DNA of 64,000 bases, from assembly GCA_016748015.1 (NCBI GenBank), contig JAAOMT010000557.1:248001-312000 (forward strand), given 5' to 3'. Source of the stretch: Geosiphon pyriformis uo1 (taxonomy: Eukaryota > Fungi > Glomeromycota). Numbering within the stretch: position 1 is the stretch's first letter; every line of letters starts with the position of its first letter. The translations under genes and the position numbers were made by a program. Of the stretch, positions 36,797-50,000 are shown piece by piece. Below the pieces are notes generated by a model. The model was not told the origin of the DNA. It made no database searches and was given only the letters and a program-made list of their open reading frames with translations.

Positions 36797-39082
36797 TCTT
36801 TGTCTTCTTAATTTTATGACCATAACCAGAGCAAAGAGTAAAAAAACTGTACCTGATATCTGTCCTAAAATATCTAATAAAATTTCGACCAAAGGAGATC
36901 TCTTTGTTGTAGAGGCAACTAGGCAAAACATTTTAGAAGCCTTTCCTTTACTCAGTAATCATGATAAGCTGCCTTTGGTGGCCACTGAAGCAATTTCCTC
37001 ATCTTTGGCTGGTTTCTCATCAGTCAAAGTTCCCTTAAAAAGACACACTTGGATTAGTCCCAGTGTTGCCTCCACCCTGACTAAAAGCCCTAAAGTTTTT
37101 AATAACAGACCAGTAAATAAGCTGGTCTTCTCTTCTATAGATTCAACACCTGGTGCTTTTAGCACCACTTCTTCAAAAAAATGGTCAAAAAGACCAAAAG
37201 CTCAGAAAAGTGGGGGCAGTCGCTTGCCTCTGCTATTGTTACACCAAACCCTTTTGTGATTCTCAATGAGATCTTAGATGAGATCTCCATAGCATTATCC
37301 AGCACATCATCTAAGATGGACCAAGATCAACCACTGGCTGTGTTGTCAAATGTGGTGTTTTCTGGCAGATTATTGCCAGTTTTAGAAGCAAAACAATTTC
37401 CTCCTGTTGGGTCACCTGTTTTTGGGAACTGGGCTGATCAAATGGAAACTAATTCATCTCCTCCTCTAGTTTTTGGTGCTACTTCTGGTGGTGCTTAGGA
37501 AATTATTACTAGTCATCAAAGATTTGCTGGGTGAGTGGCCTCTACTCTAGTGCCTGGTGCTACTTTTAAAATCAAATTGGCTCATGTTAAGGCTGTTTTT
37601 CAGTCTGTACATGGTTTTTTGGGTGCTAAATCTGTTTCAAAAAACAATGTGAAGCTTTTCTGTATGGAGTTTGCTTTTCAACAGTCTTTAAAAGCTGTGT
37701 TTCTGGTTGAGCTTACAAGCTCTGTTCATTTGGCCACTCTCAAAATTGCCAAGTCTTTGGTGGTTTCTAAATCTGGTTCCTCTCCTGCCACTGTTGTACT
37801 GTGTAATGTACCTTTGGGTGTGTCAACTGCTGATATTAAAACAGCTCTTGGTGTATTTGGTAAAGTTGTCCATGTTGTGCTGAAGCCTGTTGGTGTTTGG
37901 CAGTACATGGTTGTTTACTTTAAGGAATTGGATGCTGCTGCTGCTGCTCTCAATTATTGGTCGATTCTGGTGGGCAAAGATAGTGTTAAGATCCTTCCAG
38001 TTATTAATCAAAATGAGGCCATTCTGTCTCATGATAGGTTCAAGGCCAAGTTGGTCAATCTTCCTTCTGGCTGTACAGCTTTTAAAATTAGTGATATAAT
38101 TTCTCAAGTTGGTAGATAAACATGCTTCATTCCTCAGTCTTCTGATTCTGGTCATTGTTTCTGGTTTGCATTGGTTATATTTGACTTTCAAGACAATTTG
38201 AATTCTGCTGTAGTTAAGACTGGTACTCTAAGGAAATGCCATATCTGGTAGAAAACTTCTGGCTGCTGGTGCTGCTTTAGTTGTCAAGAAATAGACCATC
38301 TGGCTGTGGATTACAAGGTTTTCTCATCTCCCACATCTAAGGTTCCCAAGGTTTTCAAGTCTTATTTTGTGGGTTCTGCTTCATATGCCAAGACTGCTGC
38401 TCCTTTTAGTCTTTCTGAGTTTCCTTCTTTGGTGGCTCCTTCAGTTGCTTCTGCTGTTGATCCTGCTGTTGGTTCTAGATTGGACTCTTTGGAAAAGCAG
38501 ATTTCGGATTTGGCTGCTCTGGTTAAGTCTATTGTTGAGCTTGTTGGTTCTTTGGTTGCTTTGGTGTTTCATTTTCTTGATGATAATGCTGTTAAGACTG
38601 TTTAGATCAAGAAAGATATCATTTTTATGAAGAGTGCTGCTAACAATTTTGCTAACCTTATGATTGGAGTTTCTAAGGACATTGCTTGTCTTAGATCTGA
38701 AGTTGACTTTGGTGGTATGGATTATGATGGTATACTGGCTGCTAAGTCTTCTTTTTTAAGTGAGAACACTATTGAGCGTATTATTGTTTTGTGGCAAATG
38801 TCTGATGCTAAAACCAGGAGCAATATTGAATCTACTAGATTGTTTTTTAGTGAGTTTATTTTTGACTCTAGGAATCTGAATGGTATTATTGAGAGAATTC
38901 GTGGGTTGGGATTATTCTCACCTATTTTTGATTCAGTGTAGTGAGTTCTTGATTGGGCCAAATGTCTGATTACGTGTAGAAAACACATGATTTATGCTTA
39001 TAATGTAATTTCTTCTATAATATCATAGTTTTAGGTTGTATTTGGGTCTTGCTTATTAAATAAATAAATAAATAAATAAAAA
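36797..39082 (+). mobile_element. ORF1-only non-autonomous LINE derivative (copy H2, complete)
   Basis: One decayed ~700-codon ORF (36816-38941) with RRM-like segments, a CFSCQEIDHLAVDY knuckle and a coiled coil. It is followed directly by a LINE-type 3' UTR and (TAAA)n tail; there is no ORF2. Confidence 0.85.
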
Positions 39083-39937
39083 CTTATGTATTTAATTATA
39101 TATAAAAAATATATGAATATTTAATTTATTATATATAAATTATTATTATTAATACATATTTTTAAAGATTAAAATACCAAAAAAATACTTAAATTTATAT
39201 TAATTAATAAACTATTAAAGTAAAAAATACTTATTTAACAAATATTAATAAGTATTTAAGCTTATATTATATACAAAACTATAATTTAAAATTTCTATAT
39301 TATTATATTAAATATATAAAACTGTTTTATTATTATTATTAATAAAAAAATAAAAAAAATTTTTAATTTTTTAATTTTTTAATTTTTTGTAATTTATTAT
39401 TACTATTTATTTTTATTTTATTTATCTAATTATTATTATTATTATTATTTATTATAAAATTCAATTATTATTTAATAATATTAAACCAAATTAATATTGA
39501 TTTACAGAATTATAAACTCTAAATACAAGAATATTTTCAAGTAGTTTAAGCTAAAATTAAAAAAATTAAGCAATTTAAACTAAATTTATATATTTTAAAT
39601 ATATTTTAAATAATTTAAACAAAGTTTAATTATTTTAAGTTAAAAATTATTTAAAGTTTTTTAAAATAATAAATAATTTATTAAAATTTATATTTATTTA
39701 CAAAAATTAACAAATATTTTAATAAAAACAAAAAGATTAAAAATATAAAATAATATAATAAAAATTTGTAATAAAAAAAACTTTTTTTTTCGAAAATATA
39801 TTTATATTAAATATTTAACATAGTAATATTTTTTATATTTAAATAAAAATTTTTTTTAAAATTTATAATTACTTAATTATTAATTGTTAATTTTTAATTA
39901 ACTTAAAATATTAAACTTTAATATATATATATATATA

Positions 39938-42900
39938 TTTTTATTATGTTTAATAAATATGGCTCAATTATTATTTAAAAGTTAGAAACAAATTAAGTAT
40001 TTTAGTACCAAATATAGTTTACATGTTTTTTATATATAACCAGCGACTTAAGCCAGTTTAGACTATATTATATTAATATTTCAGAAGAAAACTTATCTAA
40101 AAATAACTTTTTTTGAATAATTTCAAACAATATAACACTATTATTAACTAATTCAAACAGTCATTTGGCTGTTTTTAAAGCATTAAACTTAATACTAATA
40201 AGTTTATGTTCTTATAGTAATATTAAATTAAAAAACATATTATTATTAATAGCAAATAAACTTACATAAGAGCCAAATATATCAATGTCTTTATAATTAT
40301 ACTTAGTTTTTAATATAATTATCTTTTGTTTTAACTTACCAACTACTTTGTTAAAAGTAATTATATATACCAAAACTTTATTAATTCTAAAACTAAGTAT
40401 ACTACTTAAAATCAAATTAGCATTAATAAATTATTTAAACACAACAACCAAAATCTGATTGGCTTAACAATAGATTTGACTAAAACAGAAAACTGGCCAA
40501 ATTAAATTTTAAAAAGACCAATAAAAAAAAACTGCAGAAATATTAGCCAATATATTAATAAAAAAAACAGAGCCAACTAAAAGACTAAAAACTAAAAAAA
40601 ACACAAAAGCAGCAGTCTTAACATAAGACTTGATATTAGCAAAATAAAACACAAAAGCTCTAAGATTTTTAAAAGAGAAAAGTAGAAACATCTTATAATT
40701 AACAGCCAAATAGTCTAAGTTTTGATACTTAAAATAACATCAACATCTAAAAGTTTTTTATCAAATATAATACTTTCTCAAAGTACTGGTTTTAATAATA
40801 ACAGCATTTAAATTATTTTAAAATAACAATTAAAATTAGGTAAATAAAAAATAAAACAAGTTTAACCATTGTTATAGGTGATTATTTGGGGTCTTAAAGC
40901 AAATAAAAAACCTATAACTTGGTGCTTAATAGCTGATTTGGTGTTGATATCTAAAGATTTTGATTGTTTGAAAGTTTTAGTTAAGTCCTTTGTATAATGA
41001 ACAGAAATTTATGTGTTGTTTTCTTTGTAGTTTTCCAGAATTACAATTCCATTGAATTTCTTTTTTAGTGTAGTGAGTAGTATTCCCTTGGTAAGCTATC
41101 CTTAATTTGATGATTTTTTATCCTTATTTTTAGGTCTTTTACCAGTTCTTTTGATATCAGTAACTTAGCACTTAATCCTTAATCAATTAGTATACAACAA
41201 TAAAAAAGAAAATAACAAAAGAAAGAAAATAAAAAAATAAGCCAAGACAATGAAAAGTTAGTATTCTGTTAATAGCTGTGATTAAAAGCTATTGTTCCAA
41301 TGTGGTTAAGTATTGGCAGCTATTAACATGAAGTGTTAATAGTTAGAATTGATGAATATTTTTTAATCAAATGGTAACAACATAAATTGGATTTTAAATA
41401 AGTATTTTATTGATAATTTAATGATTTTACTTCAACAAATATAAACTATTCTTGAAGTAATTAAAGAATAGGTAAGAAAGGAAGTCAAAAAACTTAAGAG
41501 ATATGTTTTTTTTGTTTCTAATACTACTGTTATATATACATATTTCTTTTTACATGAAAAATCTTTTTTTTTTGCTAGATTTCCTATAAAATCCTTGATT
41601 TCCTGAAACATCCAAGATTTCCTAAAAAATCTTCAACTTTTCTGAAATATCTTGAATTTCCTAAATAATCTTAAATTTCCCGAAAAATTCTTTTTTTTCT
41701 TCTTCTATTCTAATTGGCTAATTTATAATCATGTGTTTTTTTTTTTCTATTATGTATTATTTTTTTCTTTTCTAAGTGTAATACTATTAACTTAAGAAAT
41801 CATATTACTGATTTTATAAACAGTACAGCCAAAAAAAAAATTGACCAATTTGACTTTAAATTTATTATAAAACAGAATAGTTTTATTTTGATTTACAAAG
41901 AAAAAAATTTTAATATTATTTTTGCTTAACAAAACTAATCAATAATTTAAAACAGATACAGCAATATTTAAAGTTTTAAAATAAACTATTACATATTATC
42001 AAATACCAACTGGCTTCAACACAACATAAAAGATTTTATTAAACATATTAAAAACTATTTTAACATTAGTAACAGATATACATAAAGACATATTATATAA
42101 TATAATAATAACAAAAAAAAGATCAAACTCAAAAACTACCAAAAACTTGGCAATTTTAAAAGTGATCAAATAAACAAAACTTGTAAGCTCAACCAAATAT
42201 GCAGCTTTTAAAGATCTTTTTAAAGCAAATTTCACATAAAAGAGTTTTATATTGTTTTTTAATACTGATTTTGCATTTAAAAACCATGTATAGACTAGAA
42301 AACAGTCTTAATATAAGCTAATTTAATCTTAAAAGTGGTATTAAATACCAAAATAAAGACCACCTATTTAGTAAATTTTTGATAACTAATAATAGTTTTC
42401 CAAGTATTATTAATAGCAACACCAGAAACTAGAAAAAAAATTAAATCAGTTTCTATTTGATCAGCCTAGTTTTTAAGAACAAGTTATTCAACAAAAAACT
42501 GTTGTTTTATTTTTAAAATCAACAATAATTTACTAAAAAATATCATATTTAATGATATAGTCATTGATTAATTTTGGTTTATCTTGAATAATAAACCAGA
42601 TAATACAACAGAAATCTTATTTAAGATCTTATTAAGAACCACAAATAGATTTAGTATACAATAATAAAAGCAAGTAACTGTTTCTATTTTTTTAAGTTTT
42701 TGGTTTTTTAACCATTTTTTTTAAAGAAGTAGTACTAGAAACACTAGATATAAAAGTTATTAAAAAAAAAACTAACTTGTTAACTAGTTTGTTATTAAAA
42801 ACTTTTGTGCTTTTGGAAAAGGTAAAAACAATACTAGAACTAATTTAAGTGTATCTCTTTAAGAGAACTTTGACTGTTAAAAAATCAGCCAAAAATAAAA

Positions 42901-43110
42901 AAAATGTTTCAGTGGTCATCAAAGACAGCTTTTTACTATTATTAGCTAAGAAAAAAGCTTTTAAAACATTCTGTCTAGTTGCTTCCACAATAGAAAAAAT
43001 TTTTCTGGTTGAAACTTTATAAGATATCAAAGAAAAAATACCAGTTGCAGCTTTTTTACTCTTTGTTTTAATTGTAGTCATAAAATTAAGAAGACAAAAA
43101 GTCAAAACAT
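39938..43110 (-). mobile_element. ORF1-only LINE derivative (copy H3, heavily mutated, interrupted by a solo LTR)
   Basis: The 5' sequence ttgtcttcttaattttatgac is shared with H2. Peptides MTTIKTKSKK and LVELTSFVYLITFKIAK match H2. A LINE-type 3' UTR lies at ~40075-39948. Confidence 0.8.
40870..41783 (-). repeat. Solo LTR of a third family (C), 914 bp
   Basis: TGTTA...TAATA termini and a 4-bp TSD (ccat/ctat). Removing it restores collinearity with H2 at ~38105-38125. Confidence 0.8.
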
Positions 43111-44159
43111 TTTTTTAAATATATATTATTATTATTAATTAAAAAAAACAGTAATATTTTAAATTTATAAAACTAAAAAATAATTATTAAATTTTGTGTT
43201 TATAATAAAATAAAAATTTATTAAACAAATAGTCTTAAACAATTTTTTATAATTAAAACTAAATAATAATTATTTAAACAATTTGTATTTGAATATTAAT
43301 CTGTAATATTTTCAAAAAAATATTTTATAAACAATATATTACATTAATAAAATTAAGTTAAACTTTAAAAATTAAATTGGTTTATATTAAGTTTATTTTT
43401 TAATTTTTGTATGATTTTATTAATTTAAAATTGATTATTAATTATAATATTAAGTTTTTTTATATAAAGTTTACATTTTAATTTTTTTTAAATATTATTA
43501 TTTAAATTAAGCTTATTAATTTTTTTATTATTATTTTAAGATTGTAAAATTTTTTATAATATTTAGTTTTATTTTTGTTTTTGTTGTTAAAATTTTATAT
43601 AATGTTTTTTTAGTGTTTTTATTAATAGAATTAAGTATTTTAAATAAAATTTTTGGTATTAATCTTAAACCAATTGGTTTATAACAATAAATTAATTAAA
43701 AAAATTATTACTTTTTACAATACTTTTAAGACCAAATTGGTTATTTTTTTTTGGTTGTATGGTTTTTAAAATTAATAATTTGGATTTTTAAGTTAATAAT
43801 TATTAAAATAAGTATTTTACACAAAAATTAATTGATAAAAAACTTTTAAATATTAATATTATTATAAATATGTTTTTGTATTTATTATTTAGTTTTTAAT
43901 TATAAAACTGTTTTTTTAGTTTTATAAAACAGTTTTTTAAGTTTTTTATCATATTTAAAAGTTTTATTAATTAATTTATTAACTTAATATTTTATGTTAA
44001 AACTGCTATTTTTTTTATTGTTTATATTAATGGAAAAAATAAAAACTTCTTTTTCTCTTACTTCTAAAAATCCTCAAAAAGTGCATTTTCTGAAAAAGAA
44101 GTTTTCTATTTTTTCTTGTTAGTTTTTTCAACATTTCTTTAAATAATAATCCTTTCATC

Positions 44160-47051
44160 ATGAATTTAAAGACTGTTTTGGGCAGTGATATATTGAAAAA
44201 AAAAAGTGCCCAAAGGTGTTTTCCATGGTCCTGTTAGTGGTTTTTTTGCTCAGAAAAAAAAAGTGGTTCTTGAGAATGTTAAACACTCTGGTGATGAGAA
44301 GGATATTTCTTTGAGTAAATCTGGGTCTGATATTAATGTGTATTTTAATATTGATAGTCTGTTTGGTGATAATGAGGATATTGGCATGACTGGTGTAAAT
44401 GAAAGGTCTCTTTTGGATTCGGCTACAACCACTTTTAAGGCAAAACATATTAATACTGATACAATGTTTAGCTCTCTGCTTAGCTCTCCTAATTTTACTA
44501 TGGATGATGATGAAATTGTGCTTTCTTTTCACTTGCCTATTTTTTTGGAGAAAAAGTGGATTGATCCAAAAATCATTAAGACTCCTGTAGAAGTATCAAT
44601 TAAAAAATTATTTGCTTTGGATATTAATTTTTCAGCTGTGAAAAGTAAATTAGCAATGGCAAAAACTCAGTTAATTAAAAATTTTTTTTCTTCAGTCAAT
44701 GGTTTTGGGGGGGCCACTACCCTCTCAAAATTTGAAGGGATCATCCAATCAACATTTACTTCAGAAAAAAGCATGGAAGTGGTCATATTATTGGTCAAAG
44801 AAAAAGAGATTAACATAAACAGCAATCTTAAGAGACAAGAAATGAGGTCAGATTGGGCTGTGGTAATTAAGAAAATTCTCATGAATATATTTAAAGATAT
44901 GATCATCACCGCAGTATTCAAATTTGGGGAAATTAAGTCGATCAAAATTTAACTAATTGATATGTGGCAAAAAGCTGTAATAGAATTTGCTAAATTAGGC
45001 CAAGCTAATTTATTAGCCTCTAAGTGGTTATTTCTGATTGGTAAAAATTCTGTGTGCATAGCCAAAGCAGTAAAAGATTGTGAGACTTAGATGTCAAGAG
45101 ATCAGTTCAGAGCACTTTTGTTTACTTTGCCAGTAGAAATAACAGTGCATAATTTTGGGACTCTTCTGGACAGGGCTGGTGGGAAAACTTGCATTATAAA
45201 CAGATCTCTGGAAACTGGTGTTACCAAAGGTTTTTGGTCTCTTTTTTTGAATGTTGTTAATGTCTGTTGGTTGTAAATTCACGTTTTCTAGAAATAGTTG
45301 AACCTCCAATAACTGAATTTATCTTCAAATTATCTCCTATAATTTGAACTGCTGGGCTTATAAGTGGAATGGCCAATTTCTTGCCAGTTACTTTATGTAG
45401 TTATGTTGTAGTAAATGTCAACTCTTTCCCAGGAATTGCTCATCTGGAAGCTCACTAAAAATGTGTAGTTACTTTGCTGTAAAAGTCAACTCTTCTACAG
45501 AAATCTTGTCCATAGGCTACCCTAATGATTATAATAAGAAAAGAAAAGAAAAATAAAAGAAATGTAAAAGAAATAGAATTTTGTCAAGAAAAACGTTTTC
45601 TATTCAGGCCTGGAGTCACTAACAGTTTACTGAAATTGGTAGCTAATCAATTTCGAAATGTTAGTTGGGTTTTGGGAATTTTTCAAGTACAATAATTAAA
45701 GAATTTGGTTTTTTCAAATTATTTGATATTTATTTCTTTTTGTGTATATAGGAACGGTTTTAAGAGATAAATCTAAAGTAAGATACATTTTCCAGAAGAA
45801 AAAAACTCTTCTTTTATACAACTTGTTGTAGTATTAGTCTATGAACTTGCACTTTTTCTCTTTGCTCAAATTTTGGCGAACTAAAGATACATTTTGATGA
45901 ACTACAAGTTATTTTACTGAACTATTGATTAATTTGGGTAAACTATTCATAATTTCGGCGAATTTCTGTAAATTTTGGCAAATTTCTTATAAATTTTGGC
46001 GAATTTCTGTAAATTTTGGCGAATTTTAGAATGTTACAAAGTTCAGGGTATTGTGTAATTTGATCATCCTACTTTCTGTTATACTAATTAGATTATTTTA
46101 ATTGAATCGTGATATGTGATAATTGATTAAATAATAAATGATAATTTGAAATGATATTAATATACTAATGAATTATAGAAATTATAAGAGTAATTTCATG
46201 CTAATTAATAGCTAAAATTCTACTAGTAACACTGGTAATAGGATTCATTGTGCTGTAGTCAGTTTTGAATCTGACAATAATCTGGAATCTGCCTTTTGCA
46301 TGGAGCCAATTCTTGGTGGTATTAAACTTTCTTGGGCAAGAATAAATCTGGTTCAGTGTAAAAAATGCAGAAAGTTTGATCATTCTGTTCTAGAATGTGA
46401 TGCATTTATTGTGTCCCCATTTAAGCCTTCAAGAACATTTAAAAGAATTGTTTCTAATGGGCATTGTCTTCAGTTCACAAAGTTGTATGAAAAAAAAGGT
46501 GTTCCAATATCTTGCCTCGCTGCTTTTGGTGGCAAATTTTGGGCCCAGGTAGTCATACTTGCTGGTTTTTCTGGTGGTCCTTATTTCAGTTCTGGTTCTG
46601 GTTCTGGTCTCCCTTTTTCTGGTGCCTTAGATTCAAACAGTGGTTCTCCTCTCACTTCAGCCAACAACTCTTCTTTGAATACTTTGGAATACTTCTTGGA
46701 GCTCTTAACAGATCAAGTATCCAGTATTTTAAAAAAGTTAAGCAGCATAGAACTGATACCAACAGCAACATCTTTTAGTGTTCCTTCTCTGGCCACTCCC
46801 ACCTCTTTGGTGCCACATTTGGATGTAGATATGGCTTTGAATAATATGATATTGGCTTCCGCTTCTTTTCTCTCAGCTGTTGATGATGTGGTTTATAATT
46901 CTAGCTTGAGTTTTTCCAAGGTTCTGACCTCCAAGATGGCAGATTGAAATCAAAAATGATAGCTTTTGAGGTCTCAATTAGTTTGGTTTTGGAAAGGTTG
47001 GATTGTTTGTGTTCTGGTGTAGGTTTTTTAGCTTTCCTTCCTTCTTAATGA
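44160..47051 (+). pseudogene. LINE-B ORF1 (RRM-like, CCHC), split by a solo LTR
   Basis: CKKCRKFDHSVLEC at ~46357. The frame continues across the LTR as RSLETG|NRIHCAVV. Confidence 0.85.
45219..46231 (-). repeat. Solo LTR of the Gypsy-A family (1013 bp)
   Basis: Reverse complement of 13984-14974, with a perfect 4-bp TSD CTGG (45215-45218 / 46232-46235). Confidence 0.96.
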
Positions 47052-50000
47052 GTGGTTTGGTGTGAAAAGTGGCTACATATAATGTCAGAGACATAAACAA
47101 TCCTGCCAAACAAGAAAATATTGTTTGATAGCACAAAAATACAGGCAACATGATTTCAGTGGTTACTGAAACAAAGTTGAAAGACAAAGTTTGTTCTTGG
47201 ATTATGAATAAATTTGATGGTATTCAAGTGTTCACCTCTGGTTTAGAGTCTGGTTATTTGGGTGCAGACATTGCCATAATTATGGATGTTTCTCTAGCAA
47301 AGTATGTGTGCAAAGTTTCTAAGGTGTCTGGTCGACTTATCTCTGTAAAATTGCTCTTCAAAAACAAACTTTTAGTGACAGTTTTGGGCTTGTATGTGGG
47401 TGCCACCTTGGAGAAAAGGCTGGCTCACTTCCACATTGTCAATTCAATAGTGGCTGAGGCTTTAAATGACAGTATATTTATTGTTCTTGGTGGTGACTTT
47501 AACAAAAATGATTCTGGTTGCAGTGCAAGCTTCAAGAAATGTCTGAATCTGAGTTTGTTTGATTCTTTATATGGTTTTTTTTTGTACAAACTTCCCATAT
47601 GGTCCAATTTGAGGGGTGTTCAAAAGTGCATAGATTTTATATTAGTTAATGATAGTCTTCACAGTTCTTTTTTTAACCAAAAAGTTTACTGTTCAGGTGA
47701 ATTTTTTGATTCTGACCACTTGGTCATGTTAATAGATATTGGTTTGGGGGGCTTTCTCAATTCTTAGCTTAATTTGATATGCAGACAGGCCACAAAAAAA
47801 AAATGGAAATACAAAGTCAATAATGTCAATAGAGAGGTTTGGAAAAAGTTTGGGAATGCATCATTGGTTGCTGTTTTAAAAACTGCTGGTGATTTTGAAT
47901 ACCATAACACTAAAGATGATATCAATAGAATGTGAACACTTCTTTGTCAAATAGTGCACTCTGCAGTGGAAGCTACTTTTGTGAAAACATGGTCCTGGAA
48001 TAGTGGGTTGGTCAAGACTGCTGCATTTTCTAGATTTCACAAGTTAGAACTTTTGGTGGCAAAAATTTTGAATACATACAAATCAAGAAATTTGGAAAGA
48101 CTTCAGACTTTAGTTGATAAATAGGTTAACTTGGACTTTGACCAAGCTATAAAGTTCAAGAGTTCCTTGGACAATGGTTAAGACAGAGTATTGGTTGAAT
48201 AATTATTGGCACATTTTAGGAAATTGTATAGGTTCTGCAAGTTTTTGGACTCTAAGGCTACTAAAGACTCATGGATCTGGGTGGCCATCAATAAGTACAT
48301 GGAAGTTTTTGTGGACAACAAAGGTCAAATGATCAGAAGTGTGTTAGAGAAGTCTTTTAGGAAAGTTACATTGGATCATCTGGTTAATAATAAAGATTTG
48401 GTTTTAGAGCCTGATTTGGTCAAAGGCAGAGTGGATTCAATTATGGAGAATTCGACCAGGAAATGCACAGTCAAATCTTTAGTGTCTTCCTGTTGGCAAG
48501 TACAATTTTTTCCTCTCAATCATGTCAGTGATAATGCATTCTGTGGTGTAATAAAGCAAATTGATCTTGATGAGTTTTTATTGGTGGTCAAAAATCTTCC
48601 TGACGGCAAAGCTACTGGTTTGTCTGGTATCTTAATGAAATGTAGAAGCACTATGATGAGTCTGTTCTGGTTTTTCTTTTGCATTTGCTCAACTTGTGCT
48701 TGGTATGTGAATCTGTTTCAGATATCTGGAGAGAAGCCTAGGTATCTATGATTCTAAAATCATATAAGTGAGAAGGAGTTCTAATGAACACCAGACCTAT
48801 TGCTCTCATTGAAACCTCTAAGAAAATTTTTTCAAAAATTCTATTTGATCACATTTCAAGAGTCTGCAGCACACACAATGTTCTGTGTGGAGATAATTTT
48901 TTGGTATTGAAAGACATTTCTACTTAGTCCCCTATCTTTGTTGTAGGATTTGTTGTAGAAAATGCTTTGAAAAAGGGCAGAAAACTCTGGTTGGTATATT
49001 AGGACATGTGCAAAGCTTACAATTTAGTAGGCTGATTGCACTTGAAAAGTAGTCTAGAGAAAATCAAAATATGTAAGAGATTTGTCAGGTTTTTTGGTAA
49101 TATTCACAATGGTTGTATAAATAGAGTTATAATAGACTTTGGTTTGTCTGAAGGTTACAAAATTCATGATGGTCTGGACCAGAGAGAAGTTTTTTCTCCT
49201 TTTTTATGGAGAATTTTTTATGATTCTCTGTTGTGCAAAGTGAAGAAACATAAGTCATTTTTTGAGTATTGGATTGATTCTAAATTTGTGGCCAGAATGA
49301 GCAGAATTGAGTCAAATGCTGGTTTGATTTTTTATTTGGCTGCTGGTGTTTTCATAAATGACACCATTTGGGTTGACAATTGTCATACAATGACACAGAA
49401 TATTTTGAACATTGCTAATGAGTTCTTTGAATTAATGGATATATTGATTAACATGGAGAAAACAATTGCCATTTCTATTAACCCAAGGACCAGTAACATC
49501 TTCTTAAAAGTGAGTGGGTCTCCAATTTCAATCACAAAAACTGGTGAGGCTCATTGGTATCTAGGTATTTTTCTGTCAACTAAAAGTTTTTCTGGTCTAA
49601 GTTTAAAGAAAGTGAATTCAGATGTCAAGTTTTTTTCATTCATGGTTTTGCACAAAGCTATTACAGACAAACAGTTTTCTTATTTGGTATTAGCCATTTT
49701 ACAGCCCATAGTAGAATATAGAACTCAATTTAGCTTTGTCAATAGAGGCACGTGCAAGAAATAGGACCATATGATTAGAAAGGGGTTGAAGTCTAAAGCC
49801 AGTTTGCCTAAAGACTTTCTTAATGAGGCAGTACACCATCCTTCTTTTTACAATTTGAAGCCCTTTGAACAAGTTCAGGCAGAAGCAAAAGTCTTATCGG
49901 TGTTATAGTTTGCTAATAATAGTGAGTTAATGGGTTGACTATTTGGGCATAGGTCAATAGACTTGCAGGTTTTGGGCTGGGTTCCTCAGAACCCTCTTCA

